A stretch of 50,184 nt of DNA, counting the filler, from Sphacelaria rigidula (Eukaryota), in assembly GCA_964200075.2 (NCBI GenBank). It is 3 parts of 3 records of this genome, joined end to end, with 100 filler letters (N's around TTAATTAATTAA, not from the genome) between each part and the next. Parts side by side here need not be neighbours in the genome. Positions count along the whole stretch, not along the records: positions 33,526 to 50,184 come from CAXNAA020001287.1; 2 more parts are not named here. One strand, given 5' to 3'. Positions 33,526 to 45,861 of this stretch are shown one piece after another; position 1 is the stretch's first letter, and each line of letters begins with the position of its first letter. The notes beneath the pieces are model-generated. The model was not told the DNA's origin. It did no database searches and saw only the letters and a program-made list of their open reading frames with translations. A program made the translations under genes and the position numbers.

Positions 33526-34602
33526 TCCTGCAAAGCTTGTTCGGCCCGAAGTGTACTGGTTATCTTGCATTCGGATGACAGCCTACAATGAGTTGCTTTA
33601 CTTTCTGGTATCGCCACTTTCAGAGACAGCCACAGCTTCCACCCTACCTCATGGGTGTCAAACACTACGTAGCTGCGTAGGGGGGGATATCACGGCATCA
33701 GCAATTCAATCCATAACCAACGCCTTTGACCTAGAAATAGCGAAGGTTCCTTCCTGTCCTCTGGGAACAGAAAAAAAAAACTGTACAAGTCGTCAGAGCA
33801 TGGTCCCAGACCAGCATCCATTGACGGCGAAACCATAATGACGAACCCGTGCAACGATGCAGCCAGATAGCAGCATCACTGCACCCTTCGGTATCGTAAA
33901 TCGAGCCTGGATATGCATATTGACTGCCCTGGATAGTGCGGCACAGTACAGTACCGTACCGTGCCTTACAGGGTACTGTATTATTGAACTGCCTTATGTA
34001 CAATACTACAGTTGTAGTAGTAACGTATCGCCGAGTTACACGGGAGGTCTTGATGCAAGAAGTATCGTGGTAACGTTGGCCAAAGCACAATATTGCCGTT
34101 CCAAACATGCCTTCGAAATGCCTGACCTGTTGCTGGGCAATTTTAAGGCGACCGTGAAGCTCTCGATGGGCCATAGCGATGTTCCCCCTCCTCCTCGGAT
34201 GCCTTCCACCTCTGTAGTATATCCTCGGGAGATGAGAACGCTGTCACATTCGTATATTCAACAGCATACCCGCGATCAAGAATGAAAAAAGAGTACTTGA
34301 AACCTGGATAATTAATCAGGCGTTCAGTCATAGGATAGCGCACACCAATCTTCTCGCGGAGATTCACGCGGGGACTACTGTAGCACGTTTCCCTGATGAA
34401 TATCTACGTATAAATATGAATAAACGCAGACTGAAGATGACAGAAAAATAACACTCCCTACGAAGTTGGCAAATGACGTCTGTATGCTGTCCTGTATGCA
34501 GCGCCGGTCGCGGCGAACACATGTGCAGTTGGGGCCACCCACATATAACGCTGCCACAGAAGAAGGCAGTCACGAGTCAGTTTAATCCGCAAGAGCAAGA
34601 CG

Positions 34603-34970
34603 ATGCCACGGGAAGTAGATGCCCTTCTCTTCCTGAGTGCTGTGGCCACCCTATTTGGCGATAGCACACCGTTTTTCCTTGCTCCACCGTACATAACACC
34701 CCGCACTCTGAGTCGCAACAATAGAAGCAATATATTGAAGAGGGCACCTGTCGCCGCCAGTGGCGATACGGGATTATTCACCACGAGGCGGAGCATCCCG
34801 ACAGTGTTGATGGTGAAGGATGACGAGGCGGAAGCGGAGGGGACAGTGTTGGGTGGATTTCAGGATGTTTGTACAAACGAGGATGGGAAGACACCTCTGT
34901 GGCACCGGTTGGCGTTCAAAAACAGCGCGAGGATCAAGCCTGGAGACGTCCTACCGGATGTACTTGTGCG
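34603..34970 (+). CDS. PRXII: Peroxiredoxin exon 1 (signal and transit peptide)
   Basis: ATG at 34603; hydrophobic [11 protein letters not shown] followed by STP-FFLAP and an Arg/Ser/Thr-rich stretch; donor GTAAGT at 34971. Confidence 0.8.
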
Positions 34971-37900
34971 GTAAGTTTTTGCGAATAGCCTGCTTGGTTT
35001 CTGGAGATGGAGGCAGAGGAAGCAGGGCTCCCCGTCCGAGTGTTCTCGACCTGCTTATGGATCGTCCGATGTTTTTGGTGGTGTAGGAAAAGTAGATCAC
35101 TGCAAGGGTCAGGTGGATTAGTAAAGACGTAGTTGAAAAACGTGGTGGTACGCACTGAGAATAGGATGTGTTGCACCTCGGCGCAAGTCCAAGGAGAGTG
35201 CCAAGCAGTGACGCACAGCTAATAAACACAGCTTGCAGTTGCAGTAAATCAGGTTGGGCCAGCGAATCTACAGGAAACATGCCGCCTGTGCGCGCTGGCT
35301 TTGCACACATTTACCGGACACGCAGAACAGTGCACGACGCTACAGTAGTCATCTACTGGCACTCTCAGCACGGTAGTATGTGCCTCTTCAACTGTGCAGA
35401 TCTGCAGCGCAATCCAGCAGGTGCAAGATCAACTGCCATTGTACCACTGACTTCCAATCTCTGGAGCAGCACCATGCTTGACCGCAGGAACTTTTTGGAT
35501 AGTACCGTGCTGTACCTACGCACGAGTGTTCTCGTCATTACACCGCATCGCACTCTCATTTTTGACGTCAATATACCTTCCTCAGGCGACTAAGGACAGA
35601 CGGCTCGGTGGAGTCATTGAGCTTGAAGGACTTGTTCGGGGGGAAGAAGGGGGTGCTAGTGGGAGTGCCCGGCGCCTTCACGCCTACGTGCTCCCAGGTT
35701 CATTTGCCGGGCTTCGTGGAAAAGGCATCTCAGTTGGCGGCTGTGGTGAGTGTCTGGATGCCTTGTTTCACGCAAGTAGATTCTTCCAACGTATGAACAA
35801 CGGCCTCTTGTTCACGAGACGTTTATCAACGTCAAGTTGCTCTTCTTCCAACTTCTAACTTTTCAACGATCTGTGACGCAAATTCCAAACCCCCGTGTGG
35901 TTTGTGTGTTGGTGTTATGCCGTGTCTTGGACCGTGACTTAGGACATCGGTTTTCGATTGAAAACGTGCGGTGGAAAACAGGAAACGTAATCTGATGGGC
36001 CGTGATTTCAACCATATTCAAAATTAACGACGATGGTTGAAATCACGATCTATCAGATCGGGATTTTTGTTTTTCACCGCACAATTCCCAGCAAAAATTA
36101 ATGTGCTAAGGCCACCTCTAACGGGAGCCGTTTAAAATTCCCGTCGGAAACTGCCTCTTGGGCCCTTCTCCGCCGATTTACGCCCGATAAGAGGGCTAGA
36201 CGGATGTTGCTGTGTTGCGTCAAAAGAAAAAAAAAGTCAAATGTGTGCCGATTTTCGCGTACAAGAGTCATCGTATAAAATATCAGCTTAGAGGATCCCC
36301 AAAGTAGGTATAATCCATACGAGCCAGGAGCTCCTTGGGAAGGACCCACGACCCAACACGCGGCATATCTGAAAAGCTATGTTTGTTGCTGGAGTGTCGG
36401 CGCAAGTTGTAGGCTGAAAACGTGATTATGTGCCGCATTCGGTGGTGTGCATGGTGGTGAAAAGCTATGTTTGTTGCTGGATTGTCGGCGCAAGTTGTAG
36501 GCTGGAAACGTGATTATGTGCCGCATTCGGTGGTGTGCATGGTGTTGCTCGATACGGGTGCCTTGGGGGCCCCATGGTACGCCGATAGTTGGCGGCCACG
36601 GTTCGCGTTCCCACCCGTCACCACGCCTAGTGTGTAGTATGTGGACTGTGCAATCCGTCCGAAAAAGAAGCATCTCAATCGCTTTCAGCACGAATGAGAA
36701 CGTATCATAGTTTGCATGCATGCCTGGCGGCGCAGCTGGTGGCTTTCAAATTTGAAATCTCGGTCTCGACCACTATAAAGTGCAGTATAATTGCCGATGC
36801 AATGTACTGTCTGTACTGCATTTGACAGTACCGTAATACTGCGTGACCGCGTCTGATATGCGGCGTAACCAAAGTGTAACCGCATCTCATGTCCATTTGG
36901 ATACTTTCCCACGGTAAAGTGCTGATTTTCAGAGGAACTTGGCTTGTGGATTTCTCGCCTGCGTCTGCGCGTTCCCTCATGAAACTTTGCACACCGGTCG
37001 GACACACCACAGGCAGCATATGTGCCAAGCACCCGCACGATCGGGCTCCGCACAAATTACTAACATGGCCACAATCAATTCAGGGGGATGCCGTCGATGT
37101 ACCCTCAAAGCGGCTATCCCGCAGTCCAGACTTCCTGCATTAGAGGTGAATACATACATGCACGCGCAGGTCTACTAAGTGCAACATCTGGAGCGGTTGG
37201 GTGGCCGATATTGTAGCAAACTGACGCCGTTCTATATTGACCATCGGTAGTGTACCGATCGGCATATTGTCTGTATAGGTGCGCAGTTCACGACGCACGG
37301 CCCTACGCGCGCTGTAGACGCTGAAAGGGGCTAAAACTTCGGCCATATGTTATGAGAACCATAGTCAACAGTCTCACCTCATTATCTCTGGTGCTGCGCG
37401 TTGCGGCAGTGCGCACTAGAGGGGAAAGCGATCAAATTCTGATCCAAAAAAATGTTTTTTTTTCTTTTGGCGCAACACTGGTTGACGCTTGGAATGACTT
37501 GCTCTACTCGTTGAGACCGTTTCTGGGCAACTTTACATTTCCCGCTGGCCGCACTTTTGTTTTTGGCTAAATGAGGCCAAACACGGATTTTCAGTAAAAA
37601 ACGGTCACTTGATCAAATTTTCCCCCTGTTTTTTTATCGCTTGACCGTTTTTTGTTGAAAATCCGAGTTTGGCGAAGAATGAAAGGGCGGCCAGCGGGAA
37701 ATGCAAAGTTACCCTGGAACGGCCTCAATGAGTAGAGCAAGTCATTCCAAGGCGTCAATATCAGCCTAGCCCTCTCTTCAGGCGTAAAACGGCGGAGAGG
37801 GGCCACGAAGGCGTTGTTGTAAACAGGAATTTTGAACGCTCCCCATGAAAGTCGGGCTAATACACCGCCTTATTAGGGCGTGTCTTGTTGGCACTTTTTT

Positions 37901-40900
37901 TTTCGATCTGATAGGTTCACCGCATTTATGTTCCCAGAAGGCTTCAACTCAAAATTGTTATCAGCGGTGCGCGGAGAAGAGTAGGTCGAGGTAAAAAACA
38001 ATCGTTTTCGATCGAAATCATGCGGTCGAAAGGCACGAAGTGGCACTTAACTCCTATCTTACAGTCCACCACGCCAGATAACACCTGTTCACGGGACCAT
38101 GCAAACTCCATCCAAGTCATTCTCAGTTACCACCGCAACCCTGCAGCATGGAGCACGAGTTGAGCACAGGGATAGATACACTGCAGAGGTCGGGTCGAAA
38201 ACTTGCGCATCTTCTCCCATGGGTAGGGATTAGCCACGGAACCGCGTGGTACGGTGGGCAACCGAGTTGCGTGTACGCTCATGGACAGTGCAGGCAGTAC
38301 AAAGCTGCACGTTGCTGAAGTCCTTTTCACGTCGCATTGTCAGCAGAGGGAACTGATAGTCCTGGGCTGTCTGCACTGCACGTTGCCCGCTTCTCTTTTA
38401 TATCCTCCGGTACGAAACACGCACACACTTACTCAAGACACTGCTTGCAAGCAGTGCAGACAGGGTAGACTGTCTGTACTGTACACGAGTGACCATGTAC
38501 CGTTTCACAGATTTCACTCTCATTTCGATCGAGAGGTTGAAAATCCATCTGGACCCAACTGCATCAAAACCAGAAATTTTCGCCCAAATCGATTCCACCG
38601 CCCCATTTTTTCGATCGAAAAATAAAGGGCCAAGACACACCCTTATCGAGACTCAAAAATGAGCGACCAAACAGAAGCAACAAAAGCAGTATGTTGATTG
38701 TGCGCCGCGATACGCCCCCCCCCCCCCCCCACCAAAAAATAGATGCGCGGGCCCCGCCCCTCCCACACCGAACCACCGAAGCAGCCAAATAACAGATGCG
38801 NNNNNNNNNNCCTTATAGAAACTTAAAAATACGCGACCAAACAAAAGAAACAAAAGCAGTATGTTGTTTGTGCGCCGCGACACCCCCCCCCCCCCCCCTA
38901 CAAGGAAATGAAGCTGCTGCCCCTTCCCCCCTCAAATGGTTCGAATTTATCGGTCTATTCGACTCTTCGCTTTGGGCTGTCCACCATGAGAGGCAACATG
39001 AACCAACGGCGCGATTGCCCTTGCTGTAGTACACAGCCCAAACCTGAGGCGCAAGCTCACGTGAACTTCTGAGACCAACTTATTATACCCTGATTTATTC
39101 AAAATTGGGGAAACTCAAATTCGCAATCTCAAAATCGGGGGGACCGTCTTATGGTACAGACAGCAGTATCACAGAGTTGTGAAACAGTTCTGTACACAGA
39201 CGGTCATTTTCTGCATGAGGGTGGTACTGCGTACTCGATCGTGCATGAAGGCGAAGACCAGGCAGGTGGTGAATAATTCTTCGAGTACAGTGTCATACCT
39301 TGGTACCCTAGGGCAATACAGTGCAGGACACTCCATCAGTTCAGTACATGATAATGCCGTGTGGTAGTATATGATGGCACAGTCGGTATTGCGAAAACAG
39401 CCAACAGTGCGCGAGCAGAGTTCAGTAGCGCAGTAGTGTCGTACATCACTCCTCAAGTACAGCGACAGCAGACCAGGAGAGTACAGCACCGTTCGTTATA
39501 GTGATACATGTCGCAGCGCAGCCCAGCATGAAAAATTACCATCGCCGCAGGCTACGACACCAGCGCTTGTTATCCGCTTGTCAAACCCCGTGTGAAGCGG
39601 CTTCAGCAGGCACGCCCTGCGCTGTCACGAGACTGTCTTCTGCTGCGGTTGCAAAAGTATCAAACGCCTTGTGTACCCTACCACTGTACGTCAAAGCACG
39701 CACCTTACGTAAAAAAAATCGGGCGAAACCGTCGTGAGATTGTAATACACCGATTTTTTGTCCCCCGGTTTGGTCCAAGTCGGGGTCCAAAGAATGCGTT
39801 CCCCCATTTTTTTTCTCCCGATGCTCGAAAAATCGAGATTGGTCACTGCCGTAAAATATGGTTCGACTCCACAGTCCCAGCATAGACAGCGAATACCTCA
39901 AGCCGTAACTACTCATCAACCATGTACGACGTTTCTAGCTCGGGGGAAAATGGTTGAAACTGAATGTGATACGGTTATATCTGGCAGACGATCGCCACAT
40001 AACATACCGACAAACGTTAAATACGCTGTAGGAAGTTTCGGAAACACAAAACCGGCCGGAAAAACTCAGGGTTAGAGTTTAGAAGTTAGAATGTAAAGCC
40101 AGGATATGAAGGATTCCCCCTTTTCAACCCTGAACACTCAACCCTGACAAGAGACGTGGGCAGCAACGCAGGGTTAATTTGAAACTGAATTTTTTCAAGT
40201 AAACCCTGACTTGCCGGACATCCCAAAGCGTTGGTGCCCAACTGACGGTTAGGAAACGGAAGTGGACACACCGCTCATAACGACCAAGGTCAAAGAACAC
40301 ACCCGTCGTACACATATCGTGAGTGGGGTGATGGCAGATGCCGTGAACGCCCGCGACAGCGCTGGTGATGGCAGCTCGTTCACGAGGGTCACCTAAGACT
40401 ACGAGGAAGACTTGCAGGCGAACGGAGGAGCCGAGACACCAGTGGATCTGGCTTATCATAACGCGGAAGGGCGGGAATCGGCCGCTCAAGCAGCCGCTAC
40501 AAGAACTTGACGAAATGGACACCCAACGTGAAGCTTGAGTTAGCTCGCGCAGGTATACCACCGTTGGGTGGCCATTTTGTCGAAGTCCTCGTAGCGGCTG
40601 CATGAGTGGCCCACTTCCGCCCTTCCGCGTTATCGTTAGCCAGGTTGCGAAGTGTCTACCCTCCCCCGTTCGCCTCCACGCAGCTAGGAGTACTGCGTCG
40701 TGAACATTTATCGACAATCAACGTACAGTACGTTCTCAAGATATGCATACACACCTACACACACAGGCATGTGTATACTTGTACTACAGACAGCACAGTA
40801 TAAAGCACTTGCTACACAGTACAGAAGTGTCTACAGACAGAGCAACAGTACAGGTCTCAACTGTCGCAACTTGTACTAGTGCTGTACCACACACCGACAG

Positions 40901-43900
40901 GTGCAGGAGTTGTCACTGACTAGCGGGCGCCGAGGTGCACTGCCTGTGAGCCCAACGCAGTGTACTGTGCCGGGTTCGTACCCGGAGGCTGTGTTGACGA
41001 TACTGCTGTCGCGTATTCAACGGTACGGGGACAGCGCGAGCAATTATAGTCATGCTACGATAGGACGGGGGGTATTTTGGGCCGTTGCTTCCACGAGAAT
41101 TATCTTCGAATCATCATTGTAAGCAGCAACGATTGTCCGAACGTGCGTGTTACCGCTACATGGGGCTCATTCATACTGCTTGACGCCGTTTTACCCAAAT
41201 ACAAGCGCACGGCGAGTGTGTCGGGTTGTCCGAAACACTTATGAGTCCCTTCTCCTGAAATCAAACACCCAACCTATCGTAGCGCGGCTCTGTACATGCT
41301 CTTCTGCACTGTAGGGGTAGCACCGCAAGGATGGGCAGGCGCAGAGTACAAACGCAAAACAGCGCGGCGCGACTTTAACCTCAAGTCATGACAGCGACCA
41401 CGTGGCAGTCAAAATAAAAAATACTGAACGCTGAAAAGTTGGCTACGTTCCACACCTATGCAGTTAGAAAAAAAAAAAAGCGAACTTGGCTCTAATGACC
41501 CCCTCGTGAGCAATTTTTCTAGTATACACACGGTTGGCCCTCTCCCAACAGCGAAGGGATATGACATGAAACAAACAACATTGTCCATGTGCTGTACAGA
41601 TGAGCAAGAGCAAGAGCTAGCACTATGCGTGCTGCACTTGTGCTGTGGGTGGCTTGTGTGGGTTGCTTGCGTTGGGTTGTGTCGGTGTAGTGTGTTAACG
41701 TGTTTCTCTCACGCCGGTTATGTTTTCCAGACCTGTTTCCGACTGTACTGTGTCAAGTGCCGAAAGAAACACCATTCTTCCATCAATTTATGTTGTCGTG
41801 AGAAGGCAAGCTGCCTCGCTCGCTTTTTTCTTCGCCCTTTTGTTCTTGCCTCGTAATATGGGCCCCAGGCCCCTCTTGTGTAGTCTGAACAAATCTCTCG
41901 GATAATACCCAATTTTGGCGATTCAGAGCCCAAGTTTGACCAGAAAAGGAGATCGGATGGATCGAATTACCTGAAAAATACTTGGCTTTACTCTCCGCGA
42001 AGATTCCAGAGCATGTTTCCGGTCTTTCGTGCGCTCAGTTTGACTCTTGACCGGACTCGCGATTCCTCACACCATTTTCCCGCGAGCTCCTGTTTTTGTG
42101 GGAGAAACTTGAAGCAGATATCGATTTGTATGATAAGATCGCTAGTCCGGCTAAAACTCGCACTAGACATTCGGAAGATCAGAAATGTTGGGAACTGCTC
42201 TACAATCCTGCCGGAGCGTGCACCAGGTCGCTATGAGGTGGCGCAATCCGCCAAGCCACCTTTTGGAGCAGTATTCGGCGCCGAGTCGCCAAAATAGGCA
42301 TTTCTTCAGTAATACTTTCTCATGACTGCATAAAGAGGGCGCAAAAATGTTGGACTTGAGGATTACTTGTAGATTCGCCATGTTGGAAAAAACGTAATCT
42401 TGTAGTTTCATGCAATGGACACTTTTCTCAGCGAATTCACCAACACCATCATGCGGCGATTTTTCTCTAATGACATGCGACCCCCCATCGACGCTCACCG
42501 ACAACTCGAACCACAGAGCAGCAGTCCGGGCAGACCCTGTCGTATTTTGTACAACACCCACACCCCACACGTGTAGGCATGCCAGTTGGAGGAGGGGGGG
42601 CTGCGGTGTGTTGTGGTCGTAACTCCTGGCTCTTGAAAAAATTGACGACCGGGTACGTTATGCCTCGGTGGTGAGACAGACCCATCCTGGTACGGAAATG
42701 AAAGGTTTTCTCGTACGGCGCTTGGCCTGTTCGAGATGTAGGGGAAGTGGCTCGTGATACACCCCTTGATTTCAGGCCTGCGGTCACAGTCCACGAGCAC
42801 TGTCCCTCACTGGCACGTCCTACAAAGACATTCAAGTCTCAGTACATGCGCCCACAGAGTCTGCTCCGATTGCTGCTCTCTTGTGTAGCTCGAACTATCA
42901 GTCGATGCGAATATGTGCTGTGCTGTGCTGTGCTGGGTATGCTGAAGCGACACGATGTTGTGGGCGTCGGAGAATTGACGAGATACATCCCCCACGCCGC
43001 ATCGAAAACACATGTCTGATTGTGGCGAATCGGAAGTTACAAGAACGCAACCTGGTCTTGACCTTGGAAGTGTACCTTATTTAGAACCGAAAGGTCGGAC
43101 GATAACATTACATTGCCGTGGCGTGGATACCCCGTAGATCAACCGCGATGTACGTACCCCCCGTTGAATCACGCTCCTCACGAAACCGTACAGCCCATCT
43201 CGAATTATTTGAGGCGGGGGATACCATCCACTGTCGATATATTATGATGAACACGCAGCGCGCGAGCGGCAGTAGCTATCGCATTTGAAAGAGGTAACGC
43301 CTCTGAGGTTTTCGCCGGAGTCGCGCCTGACTGAGAGTCAAGTTTTGTGTCACCTGCAAAAAGCACGAGACAATTTAAAGCGACGAACTCGATGAGGCAC
43401 GTAGTCGCCGAAATGATGTTAACATGGTTGTACAACCTCTACACGAGTCACACGTCCCAAGGGGACTGCACAAACGGGGTATGGAGTGTTTCTTCAACCG
43501 GACGCAGCGAATTGACCTACATCACTGTACACACCGGAGGACATTGTGAATTATGACCTTCCGGCACGCGAATAGCACCATACCAGCAGCCATATCATTC
43601 AAGCCCCGAAATCGAGCCCATCACCTCATTAATTGATTCAATATCAGCTGATCGGCGTGTCATCCTTGCCGCAGCTGTTTGATTCACGGCCGGTGCCCGT
43701 ATCTCCGAAACTCGGGATATTGACGTCTATTGGTGCCACTCTTGGAGAGCAAGTGAAGCGGTCTCAGTGGGTGCTGTTTGCGTATTAATAGGCAAACTGG
43801 CCAAGGGTGTATGTGTGCGTTGAGCAGAACATGCTGCCTGAATACCCACTTGGATCAACTGAAAACAAGCACGATGCTTTTGCCACAGCCTGCGTTTTTT

Positions 43901-45861
43901 GGCAGTTTCAAGCTTCCTGAACCTCGTGCTAGATGTGCGTTGGAATATGTTTCCGTCTAGTCTGTTGGACCAGAGTGACTTGATGTTGATGGTGGCGTAC
44001 TTTGACGCTGGTAGTGTGTCGATGAGACTCCCTTCCTTGTTGACAGTCAGTACAGTACTTGGTTGTGGTGCGCACGAGCTGTACTAGTGTTAATCCCACT
44101 ATCCTTCGCTGTGATACTGTATTCGTAAGACTCTTCAACTTCCGCTACGTCGTTTAGTTCACGGTATGAAAGACATCGCGCCAATACTTTCTACATGGAC
44201 CGATAATGCTAGCCCATGATGAGCCATCGTGACGTGTGTTCCTTCGGTGTCTCGGATGACGGTAATACGTAGCGGGATAGATTTGTGCATCCCATGTCAG
44301 CACAGCGATATCCAGCAAGTAGTGCACAGTGGTACGGCCATTACCGACGCCAATTCAAACGTTGTCCTTGTCCTGAATTTTGACATGATATCCAAGTGCA
44401 GCCAACGTGTCTCATTCACGAAGGTTTCTAGGTATGAACTCTCAAAACATATCGGAATAGAATTGTAATGATTCCAAGACCACGGGCTGCGCCTCCGTTA
44501 CGCAAAGAGCGGTGTGGTACAAGAGAGACAGATCTTCGCAACATCATCATATCGTGCTGGCCCACGCAGGGGAGAGCGTGATGAAACACCCAATCGGCAA
44601 CAACATCGCCTTCCCTTATCCCACTGCACCACAGTCTGCCCCCAAAAGGTCAACAAAAGGTGCCCGTCTCGTGGAATACCGTGGTGTGCAAATATTTTCC
44701 GTTTTTTTTTTGAGCTAGGTGCCCGAGTTTACCCCCGATGGATTTGTGGTTCAAGCATGGAGAATGAGGCCGCAGTAGACAAGAGATGAATCCAAACACA
44801 AACTGCGGAAGCGTTGGATTCAAAGGGCGCTCGAGAAAACAGCAGAGCTCGCCAACTTTGTTTTGCTCATGAACGACCAGCTCGACATCTACGCCAACAA
44901 AATTAACCTTTGCTTCACACAGCACAGTATGTCCACAACTGGAAGATGGCAAAAGGCATCGAGCTGATATGCTGACTGGAAAGAAACGTCGAGATTGTGA
45001 GACGAGCCGATACAATGAAACTGGGTTACTGCCGTCCACAACTTCTGGTTGATTGCAACACGACAGGGAGCTGAGGTGGTGGCATTCATTAGCGTCAACG
45101 ACGTGTATGTAATGAGGGCATGGGAGGAAGACCAGAGCACCAAGGGGAAAGTGTGCATGCTTTCAGACGGCAACGGAGAGCTCTCGGCAGCGGTCAGTTC
45201 ATCCCGTCGTTTTGTCGAACAGAGTAACCGCGTAGCCGCTCGTATTGATATATGGTACATGTTATTATTGAGCTCATCTGAGGTATCAAAGCTTTTTTTC
45301 TATGTTTTTGGTGTTTTTGGTGGATCGTGTGATGGCTGTTGAACAACTCTGATGTTGACCGGGTATTCGTTCCGTTGCTGCTGTGCTGCGCAGCGGAAAC
45401 ATATCGAAGTGGCGGGTGACTACTTCGTCGCTCACCTTTACGGTACAGTTTACCAACCAACGAACAGTGATGCGCTTTTGATGAAAACGTTCGTCGTGAT
45501 CTAATACCGCATCGCACAACACCTCCCCACCACCATCATCTCCGCACGGCCTCCGCAACGTACTCCTGCCAAGCAGCTGGGAATGATGATAGACCTAAGC
45601 GCGAACGGAATGAGTCTGCGTTGCCGGCGATTCATGTTGGTGGCAGAGGCGGGTAAAGTCACGCACGTGGCAGTCAGCGAGGGGCCGGGCCTGGGCGGCG
45701 TGTCTGCCAGGGCGGCAGAGAGGGCGGTGGCCGCGACGCAAGCAGAGACGCCTGAAGAAATGAAGGAGTTGCACGCGGAGTTGGAGAGGGAGCTAGAAAG
45801 TAGGGCAGCGGCGGCGGCAGTGGCCGCGGAGGCTGCGGGTGAGGGGACTGTTTACCTGTAG
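34603..45861 (+). CDS. PRXII: Type II peroxiredoxin (Prx5/AHP1/PrxII subfamily), probably plastid-targeted; join(34603..34970,35586..35745,45067..45192,45577..45861), 312 aa
   Basis: Four exons with GT-AG junctions keep the frame (368+160+126+285 = 939 nt). Motifs: [58 protein letters not shown]. Confidence 0.9.
35586..35745 (+). CDS. PRXII: Peroxiredoxin exon 2 (peroxidatic Cys)
   Basis: Acceptor [19 protein letters not shown]; donor GTGAGT. Confidence 0.92.
35966..36082. repeat. Intronic inverted repeat (~50-bp arms)
   Basis: GTGCGGTGGAAAAC...CGTGATTTCAACCAT pairs with ATGGTTGAAATCACG...GTTTTTCACCGCAC. Confidence 0.85.
36370..36544 (+). repeat. Tandem duplication, 88-bp period
   Basis: TGAAAAGCTATGTTTGTTGCTGG...GGTGGTGTGCATGGTG at 36370 and 36458. 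Confidence 0.92.
37482..37758. repeat. Intronic inverted repeat (~120-bp arms, ~34-nt loop)
   Basis: TTGGAATGACTTGCTCTACTC...AAAAAACGGTCA pairs with TGACCGTTTTTT...GAGTAGAGCAAGTCATTCCAA. Confidence 0.9.
38642..38898 (+). repeat. Diverged tandem repeat with poly-C tracts spanning a 10-N gap
   Basis: CCTTAT...GCGACCAAACA...AACAAAAGCAGTATGTTG...TGTGCGCCGCGA(C)n at 38642 and 38811. Confidence 0.8.
40416..40675. repeat. Intronic GC-rich fold-back (~113-bp arms, 33-nt loop)
   Basis: 40416-40528 pairs with 40562-40675 at ~80%; perfect core ATAACGCGGAAGGGCGG. Confidence 0.9.
45067..45192 (+). CDS. PRXII: Peroxiredoxin exon 3
   Basis: Acceptor [48 protein letters not shown]; donor GTCAGT. Confidence 0.92.
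45577..45861 (+). CDS. PRXII: Peroxiredoxin exon 4 with C-terminal extension
   Basis: Acceptor [41 protein letters not shown]...; stop TAG at 45859. Confidence 0.88.
   Translation: MGMMIDLSANGMSLRCRRFMLVAEAGKVTHVAVSEGPGLGGVSARAAERAVAATQAETPEEMKELHAELERELESRAAAAAVAAEAAGEGTVYL

Larger units (their letters stand above)
36110..37857. mobile_element. Putative non-autonomous PIF/Harbinger-like element
   Basis: TAA on both flanks (36107-36109, 37858-37860). Diverged ~100-bp terminal inverted repeats share AAAATTCC...GGCCCYTCTCCGCCGWTTTACGCC...AGAGGGCTAG. Confidence 0.5.

Noticed and set aside
40066-40090. Interstitial telomeric repeat (CAGGGTTAGAGTTTAGAAGTTAG)
   Set aside because: Too short and degenerate to distinguish from chance.
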